Origin: Gammaproteobacteria bacterium
GTDB taxonomy: Bacteria; Pseudomonadota; Gammaproteobacteria; JABABF01
Direction: 5' to 3'
NCBI GenBank assembly: GCA_965237805.1
Contig: OZ250153.1
Span: forward strand, 640,001-704,000
DNA: 64,000 bases
Part shown: positions 1 through 10,732 of the stretch, piece by piece
Position numbering within the stretch: position 1 is the first letter of the stretch
How the letters are laid out: every line of letters begins with the position of its first letter
Position numbers and translations under genes: made by a program
Notes under the pieces: model-generated
The model's input: only the letters and a program-made list of their open reading frames with translations
What the model was told of the DNA's origin: nothing
Database searches by the model: none

Positions 1-2
1 CC

Positions 3-692
3 GCTGAGTAGTAGCCCATCACCGATCTCGGCGACAGACGGTGCCGGATCGCTCTGGTATTGCAGCGCGGCACCCACCGTCAAGCCCGGAATGCCGCGAT
101 AGTTCACCGCAGCAGTCAAAGCGGGCTCTTTGAAGTTCGCTCGGGCGCTTTTCTGCCGCCCACCACGCACTTGCGCCGAAGTCATCTCCAAGGGCTCATG
201 CAAGGCCAGCTCAACGGTCAAGCCGCTGTCCCAGCGCCGCGAGAGCATCAGGCCGCCTACCCACCAAGTCGTGGGAATGATGACACGCTCGACCTGATTG
301 CGCTCGACACCATAGAAGGACGGCGGCTCATGCGTTTCGTTGATGAAGCCTATGGGCAACAGAAACACACCGGCGCGGCCAATCATCGTTGCTGAGAAAT
401 CGTATTCGAGATAGCCCTGCTCCAGCGCCACTTCAGTGCCACCGTGCTCGAATTCCACCTCGGCGATCAGCCGCAGATCCTCGCTGAAAGCGTATCCCAA
501 TGCCAACACGAAGTGATAAAAATCAAAGCTGCTGAGATCGTTGGACCTGATATCGGCGTCGCGATAGAAATAAGTCAGCTCACCATAGCCACCAATATCG
601 AGCTGGCCCACATCGACCGGAGCGGCAGCGGACAGTGCCTGGATCTGCCCCAGATATAGCGATAGAGCAACGAGTGCTAAGCAGCGCAACAT
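3..692 (-). CDS. Outer-membrane beta-barrel/porin-family protein (5' part; runs off the window's left edge)
   Basis: Hand translation from ATG at 692 gives MLRCLALVALSLYLGQIQALSAAAP..IGGYGEL..FDFYHFVL..EVEFEHGG..EQGYLEY..GFINETHEPPSFYGVERNQVERVIIPTTWW..GGRQK. The frame is open to base 3, with a signal peptide and motifs of an OprO/P-like porin family. Absent from the supplied ORF track. Confidence 0.8.
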   Translation of the reverse strand, partial: MLRCLALVALSLYLGQIQALSAAAPVDVGQLDIGGYGELTYFYRDADIRSNDLSSFDFYHFVLALGYAFSEDLRLIAEVEFEHGGTEVALEQGYLEYDFSATMIGRAGVFLLPIGFINETHEPPSFYGVERNQVERVIIPTTWWVGGLMLSRRWDSGLTVELALHEPLEMTSAQVRGGRQKSARANFKEPALTAAVNYRGIPGLTVGAALQYQSDPAPSVAEIGDGLLLS

Positions 693-783
693 GGGAAATA
701 ATCCTCGGTCTGATCGCGGAGAATAATCACCATGCCGTGCAGCAGCTCCGCGATATTAGAATCGGCATGCTGTAGCGAATGGT

Positions 784-813
784 ATTTTATACTATTTGGC
801 AATCTATCTCAAA
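784..813 (-). promoter_or_regulatory. sigma70 promoter (TTGAGA-N17-TAAAAT) overlapped by a Fur-box-like palindrome
   Basis: -35 at 812-807 and -10 at 789-784. The AT-rich imperfect palindrome TTTGGCAATCTATCTCAAA (795-813) resembles TGA(T/G)AATnATT(A/C)TCA. Confidence 0.55.
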
Positions 814-960
814 TCATTGTTCAATCGATCCAGAGCGCGACAGCCCAGAAGATAGGGGGCGACAGCAACAAGTGGCCGCACCAGGCGGCAGCACCCAGCG
901 GATTGATGCCGTTTTGCTCGGCCATCCCCCCACTCAGCGCAAGGGGACGCAGTCAGCCCC

Positions 961-2628
961 TCAGCCCTCGGCGGAGCGCGAAGAGGCGCGCCACCACCAG
1001 CCAGAGGTGATCGGATAGCGTCGGTCGCGGCCAAAGGCGCGCGCACTGATGCGCACACCGACCGGTGCCTGACGCCGCTTGTGCTCATTGCGCTCGACCA
1101 AGGAGATCACATGGCGCACCTGCTCGAGCTCAAAACCGGCGGCGACGATCTCTTCCAAGCCCTCATCGCCCTCCACATAGCGCCGCAGGATCTCATCCAG
1201 CAGCGGATAGGGCGGCAGGCTGTCGTCGTCGCGCTGGTCGGGACGCAGCTCCGCCGACGGTGCCCGCGTCAGCACCCGCTCCGGAATGACTTGAGAGCGG
1301 CGGTTGCGCAGCTGTGCCAAGCGGTAGACCCGCATCTTCGGCACATCCTTGAGCACACAGAAGCCGCCAGCCATATCGCCATAGAGCGTCGAGTAGCCCA
1401 CCGCCAGCTCGCTCTTGTTACCGGTGGTCAGCACCAACAGACTGCGCTTGTTGGACATCGCCATCAGCAGCATGCCGCGACAACGCGCCTGCAGATTCTC
1501 CTCCGCCTCATTCGGCTCGGTACCGGCAAAATCCTCGGCTAGGGCATCCAAAAAAGCTTGGTAGACCGGCTCGATGGGGCGGATATGATGGCGCACACCG
1601 AGGGCTTCGGCCTCGGCGACGGCATCCTCGACGCTGATATCCGCCGTGTGGCGCGAGGGCATCAGCACCGCCTCGATTCGATCCGGCTCCAAGGCATCTG
1701 CAGCGATGGCCAGCGTCAGCGCCGAGTCGACGCCCCCCGACAACCCCACCACAGCACCATCGAAGCGATTCTTGCTCGCATAATCGCGCAGGCTGCAGCA
1801 CAGCGCCGCGTAGATCTCCTCATCCTCCTGCGGCCAGACCGCGAGCTCCCCTGCCACAGCAGTCACGGCACCGTCTCGGCACTCCAAGCGCACAGCCTGC
1901 AGACAATCGTGGAAAGCTGGCGCGACAGCGCAGGGCGTGCCTGTGGCATCCACCGCCGCCGAGCCACCATCGAAGACCAATTCATCTTGGCCGCCGACCA
2001 GATTGACATAGATTAGCGGCAGAGTTGTCTGCTCGGCGCGGCGGCGCAGCAAGTCCAAACGCTCGGCCTGTTTGCCGATATGAAAAGGCGAGGCGTTGAG
2101 GTTGATGATCAGCTTGGCACCGGCGGCAGCCGCCTCGAGGCTACGATCCAGCTCCCACAGATCCTCACAGATGCTGAGCGCGACCGGCAGTCCGGCGATC
2201 TCGCAGAGCGCACCACTCGGGACATCGTCGGCACTGCCGGGGATGAAGTAGCGCCGCTCATCGAAGACTTGGTAGTTCGGCAACTCCCGCTTGGCGTATT
2301 CGAAGCCCAACTCGCCGCCGTGAAACACGCCCGCCATATTCATCAGCCCGGCGGGGCGGCGACGCGGATAGCCCAACACCACCCAAACTTCTGCTGGCAG
2401 CTCGCGGACAAGCCGCTTCAAAGCCACCTCGACTCGCTCTGCGAAGCCGGGGCGCAGTAGCAGGTCTTCCGGGGGATAGCCCGTCAGCACAAGTTCGGGG
2501 AAGACCACCACTTGGGCACCGAGGGAGTCGCGGGCTTCGGCGACGAGCCGCAGAATCAAATCGGCATTGCCGTCGATATCGCCGACGAGAGGGTTGCACT
2601 GGGCTAGGGCTAGGGTGATAGAGGGCAT
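961..2628 (-). CDS. nadE: Glutamine-dependent NAD+ synthetase
   Basis: N-terminal nitrilase-like domain (FPEL, YAKRELPNYQVFDE, ICEDLW) plus synthetase domain (GLSGGVDS, ENLQAR, TGNKSE, PSAELRPDQ). Confidence 0.97.
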   Translation of the reverse strand: MPSITLALAQCNPLVGDIDGNADLILRLVAEARDSLGAQVVVFPELVLTGYPPEDLLLRPGFAERVEVALKRLVRELPAEVWVVLGYPRRRPAGLMNMAGVFHGGELGFEYAKRELPNYQVFDERRYFIPGSADDVPSGALCEIAGLPVALSICEDLWELDRSLEAAAAGAKLIINLNASPFHIGKQAERLDLLRRRAEQTTLPLIYVNLVGGQDELVFDGGSAAVDATGTPCAVAPAFHDCLQAVRLECRDGAVTAVAGELAVWPQEDEEIYAALCCSLRDYASKNRFDGAVVGLSGGVDSALTLAIAADALEPDRIEAVLMPSRHTADISVEDAVAEAEALGVRHHIRPIEPVYQAFLDALAEDFAGTEPNEAEENLQARCRGMLLMAMSNKRSLLVLTTGNKSELAVGYSTLYGDMAGGFCVLKDVPKMRVYRLAQLRNRRSQVIPERVLTRAPSAELRPDQRDDDSLPPYPLLDEILRRYVEGDEGLEEIVAAGFELEQVRHVISLVERNEHKRRQAPVGVRISARAFGRDRRYPITSGWWWRASSRSAEG

Positions 2629-2962
2629 GGGAGTCGATGCAACAGAGTAGAAGAGCTGCGCCGAGGGGGTGGCATGGCCCCACTATGCCCGCAAGGCACT
2701 CTGTGCTAAGAGATGATAATCGAAAGCATTTTAACACTGGACTCGGCAAGACTGCTCGCCATTGGAGAAGCGTCGTGCCACCAGCGTCGCTAAGTTTCCC
2801 AACATAAAATCCGCCACACAGCCGCACGGAACCACCGCCATGTCCACCGCCACCCCATCACAAGTAGTGGGCCGATGCCACTGCCCACGGTAGGCCCAGC
2901 TTTGACAGCTCCCACCGACACAGGGAACAATAAACCGCACTCAGGGAAGAGGGTGATCGCCG

Positions 2963-3526
2963 ATGGAATGGCAGCACTTAGACGGCATCCGTGCACCCCA
3001 CCGCAGACCGTGGCTCAACGGCTTCACGCTGGTCGAATCCTTGGTGACGCTGGCTCTATTCGGGCTGCTCGTCACGGTCGGCATCGGTGGTTTCGGCGGT
3101 CGTCTCGCGCTAGCGCGGGCGGATGCCGCCGGGGATGCCTTGGTGCAGCTGCTGCACGAAGCGCGGGAAGCAGCCATCCGACTCAACACCGAGATTAGCG
3201 TATGCCCAGCGGGCAGCGATGGCGACTGCCTGCGCGACGGTGGCTCGCAACTGCTGCTATTCGAAGACCTCGATGGCAACCAGCAGCGGCAGATCAGCGA
3301 GCCATTGCTGCGCCAGTACCGGCCAGCGGGCGGGAGCATCGCAGTGCGTGCCGCCTTTGCGGCGCGCTCGCTCAAACTGGCTGCAGACGGCTCGGCGACG
3401 GCAAATGGCAGCCTCTACTACTGCCCGGACGATGCGCTGCCAGCACGCGCCCGCCGAATCGTGCTGGGCAGTGGCGGGCGGGTGCTGGCAGCGCAGGTGG
3501 AGGATGACACGGTGTGTGGGCTGTGA
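2963..3526 (+). CDS. fimT: GspH/FimT-family minor pilin
   Basis: Prepilin motif G|FTLVESL, AREAAIRLN..SVCP, F.D.DGN and a C-terminal GR. Confidence 0.85.
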   Translation: MEWQHLDGIRAPHRRPWLNGFTLVESLVTLALFGLLVTVGIGGFGGRLALARADAAGDALVQLLHEAREAAIRLNTEISVCPAGSDGDCLRDGGSQLLLFEDLDGNQQRQISEPLLRQYRPAGGSIAVRAAFAARSLKLAADGSATANGSLYYCPDDALPARARRIVLGSGGRVLAAQVEDDTVCGL

Positions 3527-3829
3527 GTGGTGCCCGGCAAGGCCAACGCTATGCCCCATCCTCCTCGCCAAGTATGGACACATAGCTATCGTAGGCAAAT
3601 AGTCGCAAGCAGTGCCGGCCGGAGATCTCTCTGGCGGTGCCCTAGTCGACAAGCAGCCCGATGGCGGCAGCCACTGTGCTGGGTGACACCCCTGCTTGAT
3701 TCCACTCTTCGCAATCATGCTGCTTGTTATTTCGATTTCAGGGTCAAAATGAAATGGCGGGATTGCTCCTGCATGCTGCTAAGAATTGGCAACATCGCTC
3801 CGCAGCCGATAACACCACGCCGCCCACCC

Positions 3830-4288
3830 CTACCAACACCCCTCCCCCTCACCGCCATCGGTATGCAAAGCCCACTTTGCGCCGCTGTGATCCAGCAGCA
3901 ATACGGCGCAGCGGTCATCCAATGCCTGTGGCCCAGTCGGGCTGGCGCTGAGCATATAGCAGTAGTGATGGCCATCCTCGGCAACTTCACAGCCCGCTGT
4001 AGCAGCCCGCTCGCTATCGACACGCAGCAGATAGTGGCCGCCCGGCGAGGGCAGCGCGCCAGCTGTGCCGACCAGTGCCGTCTCGGTGGCGGCATAGTGC
4101 CCTTCACGCAGCCGGTACTCGGCCTGACGCGCCGCCAAGTCGAGCAAAGCGACGCGGGCATCGGCGCGGCGCACGCGTATCTGTTGCTGGCGAAACCCAG
4201 CTGTCGCCACCGCGAATAACACTGCTGTCACCGCTAGCACCACCAGCAGCTCGACCAAGCTGAAGGCCAGCCGCTGCCGCCACGCCAT
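3830..4288 (-). CDS. pilE: Type IV minor pilin PilE-like
   Basis: A|FSLVELLVVLAV, RRADARVALL, Y.LSA.PTGPQ..D.RC. ATG at 4288 overlaps the pilX stop (TGATG). Confidence 0.88.
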   Translation of the reverse strand: MAWRQRLAFSLVELLVVLAVTAVLFAVATAGFRQQQIRVRRADARVALLDLAARQAEYRLREGHYAATETALVGTAGALPSPGGHYLLRVDSERAATAGCEVAEDGHHYCYMLSASPTGPQALDDRCAVLLLDHSGAKWALHTDGGEGEGCW

Positions 4289-4881
4289 CACGCCCCCTCC
4301 AACAAGCGCCAAGCATGGCTGCCAGCGGTGGACCACAGCGTCTGCAACAAGAGCCGCTCGCCACCCAGCGCGACAGCGCGTAGCGTCAGCTCGAATAGCG
4401 CCAGAGAATCAGCGCTGAAACAGCGGAACTCGACGATCCAACGCAGATCGATGCCAGCCCGCACAGCGGCGGTATGCCGATGTGGGAGCTCCCATACCTG
4501 CAGTGCCGGATCGAGCCACGGTGGCGAGGTGCCAGGGCTAAGGCGACACTGCTCCACCGCCGCGCCGACAGGGAAATCACCTTGGAAGCAATAGCCGCCA
4601 CCACAGCGATCGTCGAAACACAGTGTGCCGAGACAGGGGCCATCCCAAGATGCGCTGTCGGCATGGGAGGAAAACCCCTGACGCACCGCACGCAGTTGCC
4701 ACTCAGCGGCGAGTAGTAGGCGCTGATGGGCGCTCAGCGCCGCCGACTGTCGCAGCTGCCGTCCGGCACCACCCAGTGCCGCCGTTGCCTGATAGCTGAG
4801 CAGCGCGGCGAAGACCAGCACCAAGACCAGCGCCATCCCCGACCGCTGACGCTCACTGACAGGACACTGCCACACCATCAC
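4288..4881 (-). CDS. pilX: Type IV pilus assembly protein PilX-like
   Basis: QRSG|MALVLVLV (no E5, as typical of PilX), AAE motif, position in the cluster. Confidence 0.8.
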   Translation of the reverse strand: MMVWQCPVSERQRSGMALVLVLVFAALLSYQATAALGGAGRQLRQSAALSAHQRLLLAAEWQLRAVRQGFSSHADSASWDGPCLGTLCFDDRCGGGYCFQGDFPVGAAVEQCRLSPGTSPPWLDPALQVWELPHRHTAAVRAGIDLRWIVEFRCFSADSLALFELTLRAVALGGERLLLQTLWSTAGSHAWRLLEGA

Positions 4882-5933
4882 AGCGCGGCGTTGCGCAACG
4901 CCACCTGCAGGCTGAGGCGACGGCGCAGGTAGCGGTCGGCGGGCAGCTCGCTACCGCCGAAGCTGCCCTGCGGCTGCGGAGCGGCGCTCACCGGTCGGCG
5001 CGAGCGCAGCAATAGCTCCACGCGCACACTGCGCACACGCTGCCAAGCCCCCAGCGCCGCCACCTCCTCGGCGGTGGCATAGCGCCAACCCGCCGCCAAA
5101 TCCAAGGCATAGTGCAAGCGCATATCCTCGACGCCGTGCACCACTTCCTGCGCACGCGAGAAAGCACCACCGCGCGACAGGCGCTCTCGGTACAGCGCTG
5201 GCGCACCGTCACCATGACTGGAGCTGCCGATGTACCAGGCGGCGGCGTACCACAACCACAACCGAGATCCGGCGGTGTAGAGGTGACTCGCCAAGTCATC
5301 GCCATCGCGACAGCGCCCGTTCCCGCCCAAGGCCACGCTGCAATTGCCCGGCACCGTGAAACCGCCGATGCTGTAGCTCAGTCGCGTCCCCAAGCGCCGC
5401 TCCAGCTGCAACAGTGCGGCTTGGCCGCAATCGGCATCCACCAGTAACGCCACATCGCCGCCGCGCCATGTGCCCGGATCGCTCAGCGTGATGGTGCCGG
5501 TATCGTGGGCGGCGAGGCTGCCGAAGCCAGCCGTCGCTCCCCGGCGCACCACCAAGCTGTCGCTGCCGGGACGGCGATCGGCTGAAAAGGCCACTGGTGC
5601 CGCCCCAGCCCCGTAACCTTCCACACCGGGGGCACCAAATAGCCAAGCGCGCGCCGGGGAGGCAGCCACGGCATCGGCCAGCGCACTGAAGCCACGGCAC
5701 GGGCCATGCCCCGCCATGCGCAGCTCGCGCCCCAGCAACAGCGCCGCCTGCCGGGCGGCGGCCTGTAGCGTGGCATCCTCACGCAACCACAGCAAGCCGC
5801 GATAGCTGGCTGCCCCCAGCGACAGCACCAGCAAGGCGATCAACACCGCGAGCGCCACCGCCAAGAGCAATTCCAGCAAGGTGGCACCGACAGTAGCACG
5901 AGGGGGGCTCAAGGCCCGTCTAGCCACAGCCAC
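4878..5933 (-). CDS. pilW: Type IV pilus assembly protein PilW
   Basis: G|ATLLELLLA, RELRMAG, QEVVHGVEDMRLHY, WQRVRSVRVELLLRS, VALRN. Confidence 0.88.
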   Translation of the reverse strand: MAVARRALSPPRATVGATLLELLLAVALAVLIALLVLSLGAASYRGLLWLREDATLQAAARQAALLLGRELRMAGHGPCRGFSALADAVAASPARAWLFGAPGVEGYGAGAAPVAFSADRRPGSDSLVVRRGATAGFGSLAAHDTGTITLSDPGTWRGGDVALLVDADCGQAALLQLERRLGTRLSYSIGGFTVPGNCSVALGGNGRCRDGDDLASHLYTAGSRLWLWYAAAWYIGSSSHGDGAPALYRERLSRGGAFSRAQEVVHGVEDMRLHYALDLAAGWRYATAEEVAALGAWQRVRSVRVELLLRSRRPVSAAPQPQGSFGGSELPADRYLRRRLSLQVALRNAAL

Positions 5934-6349
5934 CGTTCGCCGCCATCAATCGGATGACGCCAGCCAACCCCGACGCGAAGCGAGCCATCAAGCCACTCCA
6001 CCGCGCCCTGCCCGCCGCCGAGATCGCTCCGCAAGCCCTCGCGCCAACGCGCCAACTCCCAGCTGGCCAACTCCTCGTCGGCACAGTCCCACAGGCCACA
6101 ATCCGACGCCTCAGCGCCCTCCTCCCGCGCATAGTCCGCACTTGGATTGGCAACGGCGGCTTCGATCAGGGAATGTGCCGCCAACAGGGCTTGGACACCA
6201 TCCCACGCTTGGCGCTGGTACAGCAGGGCGATGCGCCCAGCATCGACATACAGCGACAGCACACCGCCCAGCAAAGCCGTCGCCAACAGCACTTCCAGCA
6301 ACGCGGCACCACCTGAGATGTCGCGGCGCAGCACCCGCACTCGACCCAT
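5909..6349 (-). CDS. pilV: Type IV pilus modification protein PilV-like
   Basis: G|AALLEVLLA, ELASWELARW..LGGGQG, V.V.W. Start is uncertain (6349 or 6388). Confidence 0.78.
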   Translation of the reverse strand: MGRVRVLRRDISGGAALLEVLLATALLGGVLSLYVDAGRIALLYQRQAWDGVQALLAAHSLIEAAVANPSADYAREEGAEASDCGLWDCADEELASWELARWREGLRSDLGGGQGAVEWLDGSLRVGVGWRHPIDGGERWLWLDGP

Positions 6350-6463
6350 GTGCTCACCCACAGCGGTGCCTCCTGCACCGGCCACCATGCCCCACGGGCA
6401 TCGCGCTCCATGCTAACGGGGGATCGGCCAGTGCGAGGGCGTCAAATCACCCCAAGTGAGCAG

Positions 6464-7405
6464 CTATTTAGCGGTGCTCTCCCGCAACTCTACCGGCACC
6501 GGAAATACAATCGTCTCCAGCTCACCGAGTATTTCCTCTGGCTCGCCACCCAGCGCCGCCACCACCTCCTGCACCAGTGATTCCGGTGCCGAAGCCCCGG
6601 CGGTGACACCGACGGTGGCCGCATCGGCCAGCCACTCCGAGCGTAAATCTGCGGCATTGTCGATCAAAAAAGCGCTGGCACCCTCCGCTGCTGCCAACTC
6701 GCGCAGGCGATTGGAATTGGAGCTGTTGCGCGAACCGACCACCAACACCACATCGCAGGATGCGGCGAGGCGGCGCACCGCGTCTTGGCGGTTCTGCGTG
6801 GCGTAGCAGATGTCGTCGCGACGCGGCCCTTCAATGGCCGGAAAGCGGCGGCGCAACTCGGCCAATATATGTTGCGTTTCACTCACAGACAACGTGGTCT
6901 GGGTGACATAGCCGAGGCGCTGCGGGTCGTCGACATGCACCGTTTGCGCCACCGCCAAACTCTCCACCAAATAGATGCCACCCGCCCCGCCGCAAGCTGC
7001 CTCGTACTGCCCCATCGTGCCTTCGACCTCGGGGTGGCCAGCATGGCCGACGAGCAGGCACTCGCGCCTATCCCGCCCCAACTGGCGCACTTGGCGGTGC
7101 ACCTTGGTGACCAGCGGGCAAGTGGCATCGAAGACTTTGAACCCCCGTTTCTCTGCCTCCTCCTCTACCGCACTGGAGACACCGTGAGCGCTGAACACCA
7201 CCACCGCACCGGGCGGCACTTCATCGAGTTCATCGACGAAGACGACACCGCGGCGGCACAGATCGTCCACCACCGTGCGGTTGTGCACGATTTCGTGGCG
7301 GGAATAGACCGGTGCCCCAAAGCGCTCCAAGGCTCTTTCGAGGATATCGACAGCGCGATCCACACCGGCGCAGAAGCCACGCGGATTGGCCAGTAGCACT
7401 CTCAT
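6464..7405 (-). CDS. ispH: 4-hydroxy-3-methylbut-2-enyl diphosphate reductase
   Basis: [58 protein letters not shown]. Likely start at 7405 overlaps the lspA stop. Confidence 0.97.
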   Translation of the reverse strand: MRVLLANPRGFCAGVDRAVDILERALERFGAPVYSRHEIVHNRTVVDDLCRRGVVFVDELDEVPPGAVVVFSAHGVSSAVEEEAEKRGFKVFDATCPLVTKVHRQVRQLGRDRRECLLVGHAGHPEVEGTMGQYEAACGGAGGIYLVESLAVAQTVHVDDPQRLGYVTQTTLSVSETQHILAELRRRFPAIEGPRRDDICYATQNRQDAVRRLAASCDVVLVVGSRNSSNSNRLRELAAAEGASAFLIDNAADLRSEWLADAATVGVTAGASAPESLVQEVVAALGGEPEEILGELETIVFPVPVELRESTAK

Positions 7406-7902
7406 CGCGCCGCATCCTCGTCGATCCACACCGCCCACAGCACCAACGCCGCCCCGCAGCTGATGGCGGCATCGGCGGTATTGAAGGTTGGGAAATACCA
7501 GTGTTGCCAATGCACTGAGACGAAGTCCGTGACATAGCCGAAAATCACCCGCTCGTAGAGGTTGCCGAGGCCGCCGCCGAGCACCAGCGCCAAGCCCACG
7601 CCGTAAAATTTTTGCCGCTGAGACAAGCGTAGGATCATGGCAGTGATCACGGCGACGAGCAACAGGCTGACCAGCGATAACGCAATCCGTCCCGCCATGC
7701 CATTGTCGCTGAACAGGCTGAAAGCAGCACCGGAATTGAACTGCAGGCGCAGGTCGAGCACCGGCAACAGCTGTAGCGGATGCGGCATCAGCCATATCTG
7801 CGCCAAGTTTTTACTGATCAAATCGCAGACCAGCACAAAGCCAGCCAACAAGAGTAGCCAAGTGCGAAATACCTGCTCCGGCGTGCCACCGCGATCAAAC
7901 AT
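7402..7902 (-). CDS. lspA: Lipoprotein signal peptidase II
   Basis: [31 protein letters not shown]. Confidence 0.95.
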   Translation of the reverse strand: MFDRGGTPEQVFRTWLLLLAGFVLVCDLISKNLAQIWLMPHPLQLLPVLDLRLQFNSGAAFSLFSDNGMAGRIALSLVSLLLVAVITAMILRLSQRQKFYGVGLALVLGGGLGNLYERVIFGYVTDFVSVHWQHWYFPTFNTADAAISCGAALVLWAVWIDEDAAR

Positions 7903-10732
7903 AGCGCCGTTCCTCGCCGGGGAGTTGCAGATTGCCAACACAGCGCCCGCATAACTCTGGATGAGCTGAATGATCGCCCACATCGTGGCAATGGTGCCAA
8001 CAACGAGTGCACTTGGGTGCCGCGCTGGGCATCACTTCGAGGGCGATGCCCGGCAGCTTGTCGACAGCCACCGCTGCTCCCAAGGGCTCCAGCTCAAGCT
8101 CGGAGACGATCAACAAGAAGCGCAGCTCGCCGCCCAGAGGCTCCAGCAGCTCCAACCAGCCGGGATCGGCGCGCAGGCGCACGGCAGCATCCAGCGAACC
8201 CCCCAAAGCGCCGTCGGCTCTCAGGCGCTCGATCGCACGGTTGACGACAGCGCGCAAGTCCATCAGACGCCCCCAGTCCTCGACGCCGAGCGGAGCATCC
8301 TCCGGCAGCGGTGCCAAGCCGTCATACCACTCCGCCAGCAACACCGACGGCTCGCGCCCAGCTGGCAGTGCTGGCAGATGCGCCCACGCCTCGTCGGCTG
8401 TAAAGCTGAGCACGGGTGCCAACCATCGCACCATCGCTTCGGCCACATGCCACAACGCCGTCTGCGCCGAATGCCGCAGACGAGAGCGAGCTGGCATGGT
8501 GTATTGACGATCCTTGATCATATCAAGATAGAAAGCCCCCAGTTCCACGACACTGAAATTATGCAAGAGTTGATAGACTTGGTGGAAATGGTAGGCCGCA
8601 TAATCGCCACGCAACTGCTCTTGCAAAATCCAAGCACGGTGTACGATCCAGCGATCCACGGCCAGCAGCTCGCCCAGCGGCAAGGCATCGCGTCCCGGCA
8701 CAAAGCCGTCGAGGTTGGCGAGTAGGAAGCGCAGCGTATTGCGCAGGCGTCGGTAGGCGTCGGAGACGCGCCGTAGCACCTCGTCGGAGATCGTCATCTC
8801 GCCGCGGTAGTCGGTGGCGGCCACCCACAGCCGCAGCACGTCGGCACCGAGTGTGTCGATCAGCTGCTGCGGGGCGATGACATTGCCCAGCGACTTCGAC
8901 ATCTTGCGCCCCTCGGCATCGACTGTGAAGCCGTGGGTCAGCACTTGGCGGTACGGCGGCTCGCCACGCAAAGCTATCGAAGTCAGCAGCGAGGACTGGA
9001 ACCAGCCGCGGTGCTGGTCAGATCCCTCCAAGTAGAGGTCGGCCGGGAAGGCTAATTCAGCGCGAGTCTCCAAGACGCAGGCGTGGGTAACGCCTGAGTC
9101 AAACCACACATCGAGGGTGTCGGTCACCTGCTCGTAATCGCCACACTCGACCTCGTCCAGCGCCGCCGCCCGCTCGGCCTCGTCCCAGGCCTCGATACCG
9201 CCGCGCTCAATGCGTTCGGCAGCGCGCTCGAGCAGCTCCGTGGTGCGCGGGTGTAGGCTACCGTCGGAGCGGTGCACATACAGCGGCATCGGCACCCCCC
9301 AAACGCGCTGACGCGACACGCACCAATCCGGGCGTCCATCGAGCATCGCCGCCATGCGTGCAGCACCGCTGTCCGGTGTCCAGCGCACCGTGTCCACCGC
9401 CGCCCGCGCTCGCTCCAACAGGCGCTCGTTATCCATGCCGATAAACCACTGGGGGGTGGTGCGGAACAGTAGCGGCGACTTGTGCCGCCAGCAGTGCGGA
9501 TAGCTGTTCTCGACCAGCTCGGCGGCCAGTAAGCTGCCGCGCTCGCGCAGCAGGGTCACCACCGCCGAGCTGGCCTCGGCCACCACCATGCCGCCGACAT
9601 GTGGCACATCCGCTGCGAAATAGCCATCGCCGTCGACCAGCTGATCCACTACGAGGTCGTGATGTCGGCTGAGCCGGTAGTCATCCATGCCGTGAGCCGG
9701 GGCGGTGTGTACCGCACCGGTGCCAACTTCTGCGGTGACATGCTCGCCGAGTATCAGCGGGACTTCGCGTGCGAGCCAAGGATGGCGCAGCGCCAGCCCC
9801 GCCAACGCCGCCCCCGGCACCGTCACCAGCACGCGATGGGCACTGGCACCGTAACGCGCCAACGCCGACGGTGCCAAGCTGGCTGCCAACAACAGCAACC
9901 GCATCTCGCCACCCAGCGTGGCGGAGATGAGTTGGTATTCCAACTGTGGATGCAAGGCGACAGCACGATTGGCTGGCAGGGTCCACGGCGTCGTCGTCCA
10001 AATCGGAACCGCGACCGACACCCCCGCCCCCCCCGCCCCACAGCGACTCAGTAACTCCTCCGCATCCACTGCCGCAAAGGGCACATCGATGGCCTCGGCG
10101 CTGTGCGGGGCGTACTCCACCTCGGCCTCGGCCAGCGCCGAGCGGCAATCGCAGCACCAATAGACCGGTTTCTCGCCGCGGAACAGATAGCCGCTGGCAG
10201 CGATGCGCCCCAAGGCACGCACGATGTCGGCCTCCACGGCGGGATCCATCGTCAAATAGGGATGCTGCCAATCAGCGACCACACCGAGGCGGCGAAATTC
10301 GATGCGTTGCAACTCCATCTGGCAACGGGCGTAGTCGCGGCAACGGTGACGAAAATCCCCCGCGCTGGCGGCAGCTTCCCCGACTGCTGTGGGGGCTCCC
10401 GCCCCGGCACGCTCCACCTCCAATTCCACCGGCAGGCCATGGCAGTCCCAGCCCGGCACATAGGGCGCATCAAGGCCGTCGAGACCCTTGGCTTTGACGA
10501 TGATGTCCTTGAGTATCTTGTTGACGGCATGGCCAATATGAATGGCACCGTTGGCATAGGGCGGGCCGTCGTGCAGCACGAAGCGCTCGCGCCCGGCGCG
10601 CGCCTCGCGCAGGCGCTGGTAGAGGCCGAGCGACTCCCAGTGCGCCAGCATCTCCGGCTCGCGTTCGGCTAATCGAGCGCGCATCGGAAAAGTGGTGCGC
10701 GGCAAGTTCAGCGTGTCGCGGTAGTCCGTCAC
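7895..10732 (-). CDS. ileS: Isoleucine--tRNA ligase
   Basis: [44 protein letters not shown]-terminal Zn finger. Confidence 0.99.
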   Translation of the reverse strand: MTDYRDTLNLPRTTFPMRARLAEREPEMLAHWESLGLYQRLREARAGRERFVLHDGPPYANGAIHIGHAVNKILKDIIVKAKGLDGLDAPYVPGWDCHGLPVELEVERAGAGAPTAVGEAAASAGDFRHRCRDYARCQMELQRIEFRRLGVVADWQHPYLTMDPAVEADIVRALGRIAASGYLFRGEKPVYWCCDCRSALAEAEVEYAPHSAEAIDVPFAAVDAEELLSRCGAGGAGVSVAVPIWTTTPWTLPANRAVALHPQLEYQLISATLGGEMRLLLLAASLAPSALARYGASAHRVLVTVPGAALAGLALRHPWLAREVPLILGEHVTAEVGTGAVHTAPAHGMDDYRLSRHHDLVVDQLVDGDGYFAADVPHVGGMVVAEASSAVVTLLRERGSLLAAELVENSYPHCWRHKSPLLFRTTPQWFIGMDNERLLERARAAVDTVRWTPDSGAARMAAMLDGRPDWCVSRQRVWGVPMPLYVHRSDGSLHPRTTELLERAAERIERGGIEAWDEAERAAALDEVECGDYEQVTDTLDVWFDSGVTHACVLETRAELAFPADLYLEGSDQHRGWFQSSLLTSIALRGEPPYRQVLTHGFTVDAEGRKMSKSLGNVIAPQQLIDTLGADVLRLWVAATDYRGEMTISDEVLRRVSDAYRRLRNTLRFLLANLDGFVPGRDALPLGELLAVDRWIVHRAWILQEQLRGDYAAYHFHQVYQLLHNFSVVELGAFYLDMIKDRQYTMPARSRLRHSAQTALWHVAEAMVRWLAPVLSFTADEAWAHLPALPAGREPSVLLAEWYDGLAPLPEDAPLGVEDWGRLMDLRAVVNRAIERLRADGALGGSLDAAVRLRADPGWLELLEPLGGELRFLLIVSELELEPLGAAVAVDKLPGIALEVMPSAAPKCTRCWHHCHDVGDHSAHPELCGRCVGNLQLPGEERRYV

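Noticed and set aside
2718-3738. Short inverted match (AATCGAAA / TTTCGATT) flanking fimT as a possible invertible segment
   Set aside because: Only about 8 bp match and no recombinase is nearby; this is expected by chance.
7406-7795. Long N-terminal extensions on ispH (and similarly on ptrA, the downstream sulfatase and fadD3) in the ORF track
   Set aside because: The extensions overlap the upstream genes; better starts lie at or near the upstream stop codons.
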